A stretch of DNA of 64,000 bases from Dicyema japonicum (Eukaryota > Animalia > Dicyemida). Every line of letters starts with the position of its first letter. Position 1 is the stretch's first letter. The translations under genes and the position numbers were made by a program. Shown piece by piece: positions 52,241 through 64,000 of this stretch. The stretch spans positions 1,122,767-1,186,766 of the forward strand of contig RDEW01000013.1 of NCBI GenBank assembly GCA_011109175.1, given 5' to 3'. The notes beneath the pieces were generated by a model. It saw only the letters and a program-made list of their open reading frames with translations. It made no database searches and was not told the origin of the DNA.

Positions 52241-53682
52241 TCCTTAATTTACTTCTTCATAAATAATTTACCTTTTTAGATAATTGTGGACTTTATTTTT
52301 CCTTTTTGTCGACTATAGAGAAATTAATATACAAAGGATTTATTGGGACACAATCCTACTTTAATGGTTAAAATGGTTTGATAGTAATTCATCCAAATTC
52401 TTGCTTTAGCCCTAAATGATGAATATTTTCTAGGTAATAAATGTCCTAAAAGTATATAGAATTGACTTTTAACCATCTTTATTTTAACGAACATATATAA
52501 CAACTCTTCACTGAGCCAAGCGAAAATTAATTGCTTTAGAGTGCATGCAGGGCATTCAAACGTCCAATAATAATGTCTAAGGATCCTTACAAAGTTTTTA
52601 TAAGTACTACCATCATTTATGCTTTCCTAGCTGGGTTTATGAATATCGGTCCCTTTCCTGCAGGAGCTACAGAAAAAATCACAATTGAGAACTAAATAGA
52701 GCTGATAAATTTTTTTAATACTTAAAATCAAATCAAAAATACAAGGTAACATTGAAATACGGAATTACAATATCCTCAAAAATCTCTGACCCCAATCTTC
52801 ATAATTTAACTTACTCGAATCCACTAAGAACAAACGTATCCGGAGAACTTTAACTGATATCCAAAAAACACGCAGGAGAATCTCATCTCTACAAAAGGTC
52901 ATAGCTGCATTAAAAATATACACGACTTTATGTCTACGCAGCTATAGGGACCCTCGAAGAGAACAAGATACTGGAAGCAAACCTGAGATTATTGGTTGAA
53001 GAACTGTTACTCAATATGGTTTTCAGTGTGAACTTGCGCGTATACGATAATAGCTGTTTTTTGTTTTTAATTATTATTATATAAAATCGATCTTCTATAA
53101 AAACGTGTATTTACTATGATGAACATTAATCTATTTGCTCATCCTCCTAAAATAAGGTAAATTTAAATTCGGTTTTGTGAACTTAAGTTGAAAGTTTTCG
53201 AATTTTAGAATCATTTTTTGTAATCCATTTCACAAGCAGACTTTGTACAAAACGACATCAGTATTTACTGTCTCGTCGCAAATATCATTTATTTTTTAGA
53301 AAGAAAATAGTTAACAAATAGATAAAGGTTGCTCTTATTTAAAGCCGTTTGTTCCAGAATTGAAAATGCATTTCCACTAAAGAAATGACTTAATAGACAG
53401 ACTACTTTCTCCTTTATTCTATTCTCCTTCCTTCTAAACGAACCAATAAGATTTAGCAGACTTTCTCTCAGAGTTGACTCAAGATGCGTCGCCGTTAGTC
53501 AAAATTGTCGAGACAGAAGCTATTTACACCAGTAGTTACCGGAGAGAAGAATCTGCTATCTCAGAGAGGATAGTTGTCTGGACATATCTTTTGTTTGCTA
53601 AAGCAAGTCTGAGAGATTCCAACCGAATCAGGAATCTTCCAGGTTCCAGTCATCACGCGATTGTAAAATCTGAAAATCACAA

Positions 53683-53768
53683 ATAGCTGTTTGTGTAACT
53701 GCTGCATTCACATTGATTGTCACTACTATTTTTTGTTTAAATCTAACAGAAGATATTCTCAATTATAG
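53683..53768 (+). pseudogene. Inverted 3' fragment of a class B LAMP-like gene
   Basis: IAVCVTAAFTLIVTTIF...NRRYSQL* with a 1-nt deletion, followed by sequence matching the class B 3' flank. Confidence 0.75.
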
Positions 53769-56379
53769 TTACTTCATAATTAATAATCGGATATTTTGGG
53801 TTTTAATATAATATTGGGTTAATTCACTATTTTCTCATTTTATGACGACTAAATCGATTTGTACTTAGTGATTAAACATTTGTTGGTGATGCACGCTGAC
53901 AGTTAATAATTTTATGTTTTAGAAAGAAAATTGCTAACAAATATTTAAAGGTTACTCTTAATCAAAGGCGATTACTCCAGAATTGAAAATGCATTTTTAC
54001 TCATGATTTGTAAAAAAATTTCACTTAAGCGGCCAACTACTTTCTATTTAATTAATTTTCTCCTTCTTGATAAACGATCCAATTTAATTTAGCAGACTTC
54101 CTTCAGGAGGTGATTCAAGATTAGTTCCCGTTAGTTCAAAATTGTATGACAGAAGCCATTTAGAATAGGATTAGGTGCATGGGAACTGTAAAAGTACTAA
54201 CTGAAGGAAAAAAGCCAACAAGTGGGTACTAATGTCGAGAGGTGCCACATTCCCCCAAAACAAAGTAGTACAAGTATTGGATCCATCCAGTATTTTTAAA
54301 GAAATGTTCAGTATTCTCACGCCCATTGCCCTGGAAAAGAAAGGGAAATAGTTGTATGAAATTACAATCATTTGGTTCAATGAGAGGAAACCACTACAAA
54401 AAACATTCATACCAAAAATTAAAGTATTTATATCTCCGTGATCCATTTGAATTTTTCTGAGGTTTTAATTTGTATTGTAATGTCAAGTTATTCGATTTAG
54501 AGCCTAGAAGATTGTCTGTTTCACCAAATTCAGTCCGACCTCGTTTTGGGAAAACTTAAACTACGTGGAAAATCTCAAATTTTGTGAGGTTTATCATTTT
54601 AATAGTAATAATGAAATTTTCTTTAGTATTAAACCCACATATGGGGAAAATTAGTGTACAATTCTAATTTTTAAATTTGTCTTAGAAAATTTTTAGGATT
54701 ATGACCAGGAAATTTAAACAAAATGAAAAAATTAGAATATATTAGAAAATACAGTCAGATCTGTATAAATATGCATTTATTTATGAGAACTATAGCATCT
54801 CTCAAGTAACCCAGACTGAAGGGGAAGAAATCTTATGTGAGGGATGCTAAACGCCAATTTTAATTGGGTACCAATTAAATATTTTGAAAAGTAGTTTTAT
54901 CATACATGGTAGAAAAAGTTGACATTCTTTAACTCTCCAATTTGAATAGGACAATGCTTAATGGAGTTTACATTTTAACTCACGTACATAAATGATGCGT
55001 TCCTGTAATTTTCAATTTATGGGGATATAGTTTTCTTACCAAGAGACTTTGAAGTTTCGATGTCAATCGCTGAAAAATTTACAAAAATAAGAGAACAGAA
55101 AGAAATCTTGGAAAAGTAAGAGAAATATAAGTATTTTCTTTGAGAATAAATACCTGATACTCTGCGATTTTTGAAACACAAAGTAAAATAGTTCCCCCCA
55201 GCCCTGCACATAGTCCATCTAGTATTGAAAAATTCCATTTTTTCTAAAACTTCTTGCGAATTAAAAACCTTTTGCAGAACAGAGAGTTCAGTTTTCTTTT
55301 GTTTTCACATGTTGCATTACATTATCTCCCTTGTTAATTTGGAGACCAAGGTATTTCATAATCATTATCCGTGGTATTTCTTGTAGCCGATCTCCTGCTT
55401 CCAGTTACCTTCAACAGATCAGACTTCTTATAATGACTCGGGTATTCTGAAACAGATACAAGAATTTGTTTCTAAGAGAACCATCCGAAGACTCGATGAT
55501 AAAAAAATACTACCCCGGCCCCTCCTCAAATAGACCAATCAGAATCTTCTATTTCGAAGGACATGATGGTAAACCTGGATCGTCAACGATGTGGACACCA
55601 TCCCTCTCTACTGATGTACGATGTCTTCTGTCCCTTTTGGAACCTCTATGAGTTGACAACAAATCACCTATTTGAATGTCATTAATTAGCACAAAATTCA
55701 TCTACAATGGCTGGACTGACCGAAATATGGAAGCGACCGGTATTTACTGCGTTTTATTTAATACATCCTACAAATTAGTGAGGCCGGAGTTACTTAACTA
55801 ACTAACTTTTGAATATCCTCATGAAGTGATATACGGTTAATTGGCTTTAAATTTCTCTTCCTTCCCTGTGATGTTGTCAATGGATCCATCTTACTCAGGA
55901 GACGCCAAAGCCTGACCGGTATTCAAAAAGTTCCATCTATTCATTCCTCTGGGAGAAAATTTACTTCCCTAGCGAAGAATCAAGGAATTGGTTAGTTCGG
56001 TCTTACCTTTATTATATTATGTCACGGTCTTAGCGTACGTGGTATCAGCCACCACGTGGTCAATGATTTTAATCATTTAATAAAATAATTATATATTTTT
56101 GTTCGTTATTGGATAATGATTAAAAATATATATTTTTATTTTAAAATAATTATTTTTTTAGTTTTTTGAAAAAAAATTGATGAATGGGTACAGTATCAAA
56201 ATACTTAGTTTTTAATATATAAAATGTTTCTTAATAATAATTAATTTAAATTATTAAAAAAAATATTTAGCACGCTTTTATTAAAACGCGACTGATGGTT
56301 TTTGTTCTTAGATTGTTTCCTCACGATCTGAAAATAATTAAGGAATTTAAAGAATTTGACTCGTCCCTTTCGCATCTGG

Positions 56380-58550
56380 CAATATATGATAAGGGGCGTT
56401 ATAAAAGGCTTGCCAGTAGTTTTACGTTTGGAATCGATGTGCCATATATCTACGTATATTTATAATTGCTCATTTGTAGGAAACAAATTATAAATTACGA
56501 TTTTTTGAAACGACGAACTAGAGCTAAAACGATTAAGGTATATTCAATCTTTAAGTTTTTAGTCTGAACACAACAAATCCCACATAGACAGGAACAGACT
56601 TTTTAGTATTTTCAAAAAGCTGTACTACAATGTGACAAAGAACGAAGTTGGAGATATTGTAAAGCGGAGTCCATTTGGTGTGTCTAAGAGGCTTTTGGAA
56701 ACAAAACCTCCGATAACACCAATTGTGGCAAAATACCCACGCGACAGATATATAGCAGATCTGATCGATTTGCAACGTTATTCTGACAAAAACTTGGGTT
56801 ATTCATGGGTATTTTTTCTTACTAATTTTCTGTAGCTTTTGACAGTTGTTGATTGTTTCAGCTAATTTGGTATGGTCGAAACTCTCTATAACAAAAATTC
56901 AAAGGAAGTAGTTGAAACTTTTCAAAAGTTTTTATACATATGGCCCCCCGTTATTATTACACACGGATAACGGAAAAGAATTTAAAAATAAATTGATGAC
57001 CGAAATGTTAATGGAGCTTAAGGTAAAATTTGCCTTTGGGAGACCGCGTGCTCCATGGATACAAGGTCAAGTAGAGAGGTAAAAAAGAAATTATAAATTT
57101 AGATCTAACCAAAAAATATAAAAAGGCACTTCGGTGGTGTGGTGTGATCAACAATAATCTCAGATGGAAAATAAAGAACGAGGAAGAAAACCAGTACGGA
57201 CAAATCGGGTATGTCTTTAATGTGGACAATCGAATAAAAGGAAATTTGGAATAAACTCCACACTATGTGAATCATTCGTCCATTTGTAATACATAAAAAT
57301 GAGTAAAGCTTGCGCCGAGACGCTGTCGAGTTGGCTGTGCCCCTCTTGTATTGGAATGGAGGCCCCCAGGCGGGGAAAAATAGCTCAGCCAAACTTTGCA
57401 CTGCCACATACAGACCACACTCTCTTGAAGATCTCGAACCTCAAAAAGCCATGAAGATCCCAGTAAAAATCCCTAAAGGAGTACGAATTGCAGCAGCAAC
57501 GTGTCTTTCAAATGCCATTCATCACGCACTATCTTCTGACAGTTGGGAATCCTGGCTAAATCTTACATGCTTTGCACCTGTCGCACTCGAATACCTACAA
57601 AGGAATCTGAGGATAGTAATAAAGAAACAATCTCCCGACTCAACTTATCCGGGAAACTGAAACAAAACATAATGAATTTTAGCTGTCATAACATACACGC
57701 AATACTTGAACAGCCACTTAATGTCAATGAGGTCGAAACCAGAGGAGCATACACCAAAGATGCTCCCAACAAACTATGGAGAGAGTAAAACGGAAATTTC
57801 TAGAGGGCGCATTACGGGTTATCGTCCGATGACACAGTACTGTCTTGTTACCCGAGGTCCTTAAATACTTAATACGAAGCACTTAGATGCACCGACTGAC
57901 TATGAAAGTTTTGATCCTGAAGGAATCATTACAGAATCCGAAGTGCGCAACGGAATAACTTCCTTCGCCGCTAGCAGCGGTGGAGGATTGGAAGGCTACT
58001 TCCTGGCCTATGTTAAGACCTTACGTCCCTTACACCTCGGAAGCTGGACGCTGTCTTGTCAAATCAATTACGGATCTAACCAATAAATAAAAAATGGATT
58101 TCCTCCACATCCGCTTTTCAGTGGATAGTTTGGAGTTATGTTTTTCATTTAAAAAAATTGTTTTTGAAATTACAACAATTCGAGACAACGAAACAAATAC
58201 CATTCTTCTTATTTATATGATGTAAGTATCCACAGGAAGCAATTCCGGAGGATTTGTCGAATTTTCTGTCTTATGAAGTGGATGAAGCAACAAGAAGAGA
58301 GGCACGAATATATACGCTAGTAGTAGCACAAATGATGATTGGAAAAAGAAGGTAGAGAACGACGAAGAAACTTTAAAAGTTGGTGACAAGGTCCTTAAAA
58401 AAGGAGATCATGGCGAAAATCCAGCTCATCATACAATGGCACTGTACGATGAGCTTGACTGCACCATCTATGAAGTATCAAAAATGAGGGTGATAATTGT
58501 TTTCTCAATGAAAATGAAAAAATTTCCAGGTCACGAGTTAAAGTGATCGA
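56380..58550 (+). pseudogene. Ginger-like DDE integrase/transposase relic with at least four tiny introns, interrupted by a CRE fragment
   Basis: Introns 56454-56479, 56538-56562, 56809-56835, 57079-57102. Spliced: SEHNKSHIDRNRL, PRDRYIADLIDL, YSW|LLTVVDCFS, LLHTDNGKEF, GRPRAPWIQGQVER|SNQ; later LKVGDKVL. Confidence 0.82.
57300..58060 (+). mobile_element. CRE-clade 5' fragment inside the Ginger-like element
   Basis: SWLCPSC (PHD-like), KIPKGVRIAAA..L...W..LTCFAP, GITSFAASSGGG. Confidence 0.7.
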
Positions 58551-58599
58551 AAACGCTAAATAATTTTAATTAGTAATTTATGTTTAATAATTTTACACT

Positions 58600-59045
58600 T
58601 TTGAAAGGGTTAAGTTTATGTTTTGGGTTTTTAGTAAAAATTGTGTTTATGGGTTTTTGAATAGGGTTTTTGTTAGGTTAATGCTTAGGGTTTTATTAGT
58701 GTTTAAGATTTTTGTTAGGGTTTTTAGTTATGGCTAATGTTTAGGGTTTTTGGTAGGGTTTTTAGTAATTGGCTAATGTTTAGGGTTTTTGGTTAGGGTT
58801 ATTGCTTAGGGCTAATGCTTTAGAGTTTTTTAGTTAGGATTACTGTTTAGGATTTTTTTAGGGTTATTCGTTAGGATTACTGTGAGGGTTTTTGGTTAGG
58901 TGTTTTGGGTTTAGGTTAGGGTTACTGTTTAGGGTTTTTTGGTTACGGTTAGGGTTAATGTTTATGGTTAGTGTCTACGATTTTTGGAAGGGCTAGTATT
59001 TAGCGTTTTGGATGGATTTAATTGTTAGGGTTAGTGTTTAGAATT
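58600..59045 (+). repeat. Degenerate TTAGGG-containing G/T-rich tract
   Basis: Many TTAGGG/TTAGG units interspersed with T runs; almost no C on the + strand. Confidence 0.75.
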
Positions 59046-60240
59046 AAATTTTCATGTATATAGTACGGATTACCATTTCTTTGTGCAATTTGTGGTTTAT
59101 TTTTTAATTTGGATCTATCAATTTTTGCGTTCTAATAATTTTTAATATCGTTGGTAAAACATATTGGGTATATTTAAGTTGATTCTGCTATACAAAATTC
59201 TGTAATTTTATTAGCCTCGACCATATGTGGGCTGAGGCAACGTACGCGCTGTGACACAACACGATACGAATCTGACATTTCTCTTATTCAGAACATTGGT
59301 TTTTAATGATTCTGACTTCGTCTATACTCACGTGAACGAAGACATTCGTTTTGTCCATCATAAACAAAGTCTTAATTGATCGGAAGGTTGAGGGAGTAAC
59401 GTACCTCTATTGCACGTAATGTCTATTTGTATTGTGGTAAAATATAGATAAAAATATAAATCAGTCCATTCTAACCTAATTTTACATCATTCAAAACTCA
59501 TAAGTGGATGAATAGCCTTGAGGTTAAATGCATGTAAGATCTGAATTCGATCTCGGTCAGAAAAAAATGTAAAAAGCTTGGATGACCTGTCGTAAGCTAC
59601 AAATGAATAATAGCTAAAATTTTATTCCACGTCTATGGTGTAGACATAGTCCATCTTGCAGTGGAAAATAAGTTCGAGATTTTTCTTTATATTCGACGCA
59701 AAAAAACCTGAAAGTGGAAACCTCTTGAAGAAACCTGTTTTGTAGAAATACAAAAAAACGGTTGCATTCTACCTGTGAACAAATCAACGTTAACAATTTA
59801 TTTACTTCAACCATAACTAATCGAATAATCCCAAAACGAGATGGCTCATGTTATAAATCCATATGGGACAGAATCTAATCTTGCAGCGATACATCTCAAA
59901 GTTCTGAATAAGGAACTGTTTTATGCACCTATGATCGGAATTCGACGAATTGCATATCATCAGTGAATTGATAGAATCAAAGCCTTAAAAAACTCGAAAA
60001 CACCTTGAAAAGGTTTAAATAACAGGATTTGAATGTGGAGTATATTACGATAAATCTGGGCAATGTGGGATTTCACTGATTGGAGTCTTAGTTTGAGCAT
60101 CTGTATTGGTGACATAATCGTGTTGTCTACATCAGTAAAGATATATTCTCTCAGATGTATCTCATGTGAGAGCGAAATACATTTTTAAATATGCACGTAC
60201 ATTTAATTAATATAAAAGAAACACATACGTCAGCTAATTA

Positions 60241-60681
60241 ATGTTACCTTTAATGATATCAATCGTTTCTTTAGTAATGTCAGGAAAACCACAGGTCCCA
60301 GAGCAAAGAATAGAAAGTAATTTAATTATAGTTGACTTTAATAGTTCAAGAATGTGAAAGGGATGCTCTTTCCGTTCTAATAAAGTATTCAGTTATGTGG
60401 TAGTAACTTAAATGACAGAAAGCATGTTAATGATCTCCTAAGCGAGAACCCGAGATTTGTAATGACGAATATAATAATATTAATGTATTATTATTCACTA
60501 GGGCATCTTCACGAACCTCATGAAAAATTTAAAAAAAGATAACCCAAAGACTTATTGCGAGCAAATTCCTTATATTGAACAAGCACTAGATATGTTAGTC
60601 CAAAACGAGAATGTTTCATCCAAGACATTAAAACTTTACTGGGATTGTTTGAGAAATAACGAGTCTAATCATATGAATTAG
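60241..60681 (+). pseudogene. Frameshifted paralog of the secreted protein at 63006-63446
   Basis: Same 441-nt span; MLPLMISIVSLVM, LIIVD, CERD, ICNDEYNN, YYSLGHL, TYCE, LY.DC are conserved across compensating 1-nt indels. Confidence 0.8.
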
Positions 60682-60757
60682 TTAGCTAATAGATAATTTT
60701 ACTTCCTCGGTTAAAATTGTTATCAATAAATTTTCTTTATTCAGTAAAATATATGGA

Positions 60758-61063
60758 CGTCGGGTGGCGTAGTGGTTAGGTGTCGGGCTAAAGTGACTTA
60801 TGTTACGGGTTCGTTCAACCTGGTGGAAGGTTCCACGCATCTACGATGCCCAAAAAGGTTTGACGAGTGACGCCGTCATCAGTGGATACTCACTGCGGAA
60901 CTGGATTGTCTAGAAAGGACCCACACATAAGAAAAGAAAAAAGAAGTGAAGATCTTGGTTCTGCGATTAGTTAAAATTAACTGTTCTTTACTTAAATAAA
61001 GTGTGTGTCCTGCTTATGCGGAGCTATAGATATTATGGTTCTCGTGAAAAGGCTATTATTATT
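60758..61063 (+). mobile_element. Full-length tRNA-derived SINE with 9-bp TSD and (ATT)n tail
   Basis: A box TGGCGTAGTGG, B box GGTTCG; TSD ATATATGGA at 60749-60757 and 61064-61072; empty site in the paralogous block near 63515-63530. Confidence 0.92.
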
Positions 61064-61700
61064 ATATATGGAATAAAATAATTAGAGTTGCAATAGGAAC
61101 AAATTAGCAACAGCAGGTAGAACGGAGGAAAACACTCATCACTTCGTTTCGTTAATTGTTTTCGAAATTTGAAGAGACTGCAAGCCCTGGTAAACGATTA
61201 ATTTTCTTTGGTAATGCAATTGACATTCAAATTAGAAATTCAGTGTCATTGGTATAGTTTGTTGCAATTCTCAGTGTCCTTCAAGTATAATTAGAGATTA
61301 TAGGCTATTCTTTTCAATTTGTCAGGTTTCTATGAAATTTTATCGCTTTAGCAACTCAAAACATAACATTTTTTAGATTTTTTAATCCCAGATATTCATA
61401 ATCTGATAGTCAATTAAATATTTACAGTAAGATAGCTGCTACCTCTCTATCCATGTTCTACTATATTGGTATGTCATATGATCCATTTCTTTCATAATTC
61501 GTCGAGTCAAAGGTGGCACGAAAAATATCATTTCTAGTTTTAGGATATCCGCAACAGCAGTGCTGAAGGTTTTTTCCCTTTTCATAGTATCTAGATGCTT
61601 TTGAATGTAATATTTGAAGGTCTCCCTTTTCAGACCTTGATAACTTAATAATTGCTTATTATTAACCTTTTCTAAGTTTTCTGGGTTAATGAATTATATA

Positions 61701-61845
61701 TCTAATTATTACCAGTTTTTTTTAATATTACCAGTTATCTAATTATTACCAGTTTTTTTTAATAATATTACCAGTTATCTAATTATTACCAGTTTTTTTT
61801 AATATTACCAGTTATCTAATTATTACCAGTTTTTTTTAATATTAC
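61701..61845. repeat. ~37-bp minisatellite (about 3.7 copies)
   Basis: TCTAATTATTACCAGTTTTTTTTAATATTACCAGTTA repeated. Confidence 0.9.
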
Positions 61846-62229
61846 ATTACTCGTTTTTGGTTTACGATGTGACACCGTCATCAGCATTACATAAGTGCTG
61901 AACTGGGCTGCCTAATGGAACTCACACAGATGCAAATAGTAAAGAACTAGAGGTCAAGATAATTTTCAATATTATGGATTAGTTTGCATAACTGTTCCTC
62001 TTACATTTGTGTTTTGCGTTACTATGGTTCAAATACATAATTTTTTGGTCGATGATCCTCAGTAATCATAAATAGCCATGATAAACTAACATTACAAATC
62101 ATCTAGCTTTGAGAAAACGAAATAAAAAAAGAATTTACGGAGAGTCAAATTAGGATGTTTAAAGACTTAGACATATTATGGATCTTTTATCCATATGGTT
62201 TACTTTCCCTAACAATTTCCTAGGAACAA

Positions 62230-62460
62230 AATCGTCATTCGCTTAGCAAACTCTTCAGCTTTATCATACGAACCAACAGCCGAATATTAGCATTTTCTGA
62301 GCTCATTTATTTGGATCCAAATTTATTTATTTTAATGCCTCAGGATTAACAACTCCGAATGCTTCCATGGCGAAAGAAACAAACGTTACATCCCTGGGAG
62401 TTCAAAGTATTCTCGATGCATTAATATAACAGACTACCAAGAGAATAATTGTAATAAAGA
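62230..62460 (-). mobile_element. Degraded CRE/REL 3' fragment
   Basis: Minus strand FVSFAMEAFGVVNPEAL. Confidence 0.4.
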
Positions 62461-62639
62461 CCCATTCATGTAGAAAATCAATATTTTCCAATTAAATCAA
62501 TTTATTGGAATGACTACAAAATTCAATTATTATAGGGAGATTTTTTTGAATTGCAAAGATCGGTCGCTTTCTACTTGTAAACTAGATAAAAATTAACATT
62601 TTATTTGCTTTAACGATAACTTATTGAATTATCTTTATA

Positions 62640-62790
62640 CCAGGATGGCCCAGTGTTATAAATCCATATGGTTCCAGATTTGAAACTTGCTGCTGTACAT
62701 TCCAAAAAAAGTTTCACGCATCTACAATGCTTAGGGTTTGACGGGTGACATTGTTCACGGTGATTTCTCAAACGACAGGGTTAAAATATC
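62640..62790 (+). mobile_element. Old diverged SINE copy (paralogous relic at ~59840-59970)
   Basis: TGGCCCAGTG head and TTCACGCATCTACAATGC..GGGTTTGACGGGTGAC core. Confidence 0.55.
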
Positions 62791-63005
62791 TCAATATCAC
62801 CTAGTAAAGAGGTTTTAAATGAAGGTTTTTGATTCTCTACAGATTGTAGTCTTAGTCTAATCAACTTGATTTGCGATAATAATCATGTTGTCTACATCAG
62901 TAAAATATATTCTTTTGCCTGTTAGTCGCGTGAGAGCAAAATACATTTTTAAAATATGCATGCACATCTCGTTCAATATATAAGAACACATAAGTCAGCT
63001 AATTA

Positions 63006-63446
63006 ATGTTACCTTTACTGATAACATTTGTTTCTTTAGTAATGCACAGAGGACCATTCGACCAATCTCAAAATTTAGATGGTGAATTAATTATAGTTGA
63101 TTTAACCGAAGAACATTGTAAAAGAAGGTTTCAATCGCTTCGTAGTCAAATAAACGCTTTCAATGAAAGTCACTTTTATTTAAATAGTCATGTTAATGGC
63201 ATCCGAAACAAGAACAAAGATATTTGTAATGATGAATTTAATAATATAATGTATTATGCAACATTAGGACATCTTCGCGAAAATAATGAAAAATATAAGA
63301 GTGCTGACCCACAGACATTTTGCGAGAAAATTTCTTTTGTTAGAAAAGCACTGACAATACTTTCTGAAAGCCAGAATGCTACAACTAATAGATTAGAACT
63401 GTACTTGACTTGTGTGAAGAGCATGTCGTCTAATCGTGAGAATTAG
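63006..63446 (+). CDS. Hypothetical secreted protein, 146 aa, four Cys, apparently intronless
   Basis: Open ATG-TAG frame; hydrophobic N-terminus MLPLLITFVSLVM; sequons NES and NAT; Cys positions conserved in the diverged paralog. Confidence 0.75.
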   Translation: MLPLLITFVSLVMHRGPFDQSQNLDGELIIVDLTEEHCKRRFQSLRSQINAFNESHFYLNSHVNGIRNKNKDICNDEFNNIMYYATLGHLRENNEKYKSADPQTFCEKISFVRKALTILSESQNATTNRLELYLTCVKSMSSNREN

Positions 63447-64000
63447 TCAGCTAATGGATAATTTTACTTTCTCAGTTAAAATCGTTATCAATAAATTTTC
63501 TTTATTCATTAAAATATAGAATGAAAATAATTAGTGTAATTGGGAACGAATTAGGCTAGTGCAGGTCAAAGGAAATAATCATCCCTTGGACATCGTTTGC
63601 TACGTCTAATTGTCTTCGATCTGATTTGTTCTAATTCTTTTGTTCTAACAAGTAAAACAAGCCAAATAAAGTATCTTGTCCAATTTACTAAACTGATCCG
63701 TTGATAGTTAAATTAATCCAAAATTATCATTACATCAGGTATAATTTTAAATTATAGACTTTTTGTTCATTATAAAGTTTTCTTTGTTGTTTTGTATTGT
63801 CGTGAAGTACTAAAATTGCATAAAATAACTTTATCATTTAGGATAGATGTGACCTCCAGTTCTATTCGTGTTAAGTCAACAATATTATTCACTCTTAGAT
63901 TTCGTTTGTGTTCAATATGCTCGAGTCAGAAGGTATTCTTTTCTGTTTATCGAGTTTTATGAATTATTATGGTTTTCGGAAACTCTAAAAATAACATTTT

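Noticed and set aside
60755-60830. SINE head as a functional tRNA gene
   Set aside because: A and B boxes are present but no acceptor stem closes, and it continues into a repeated core with tail and TSD.

Overview
AT-rich eukaryotic genomic DNA from a gapped assembly (N gaps at 3311-4145 and 23422-24239; single Ns at 21049, 22299, 30508), dominated by degraded transposons: CRE-clade, RTE, I/Jockey-like and R4/NeSL-like non-LTR elements, SPIN/Charlie-like hAT relics, Ginger-like integrases and a tRNA-derived SINE. The host genes are largely hidden from the ORF track because they are split by ultra-short 22-27 nt GT-AG introns. Manual splicing gives (i) a 10-intron CENP-C gene whose CENP-C motif lacks the CENP-A-binding aromatic pair, and (ii) a cluster of five LAMP-like type I membrane protein genes plus a fragment, in two tail classes, amplified by segmental duplication. 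Also present: an intronless secreted-protein gene with a frameshifted paralog, a tRNA-Gln(CTG), a palindrome-rich AT satellite, a LINE-derived 161-bp tandem array and a degenerate TTAGGG tract. The combination suggests a compact-intron animal parasite such as a myxozoan, but the organism cannot be determined from this window. All homology calls are from manual motif recognition, not database searches; TE boundaries are approximate.
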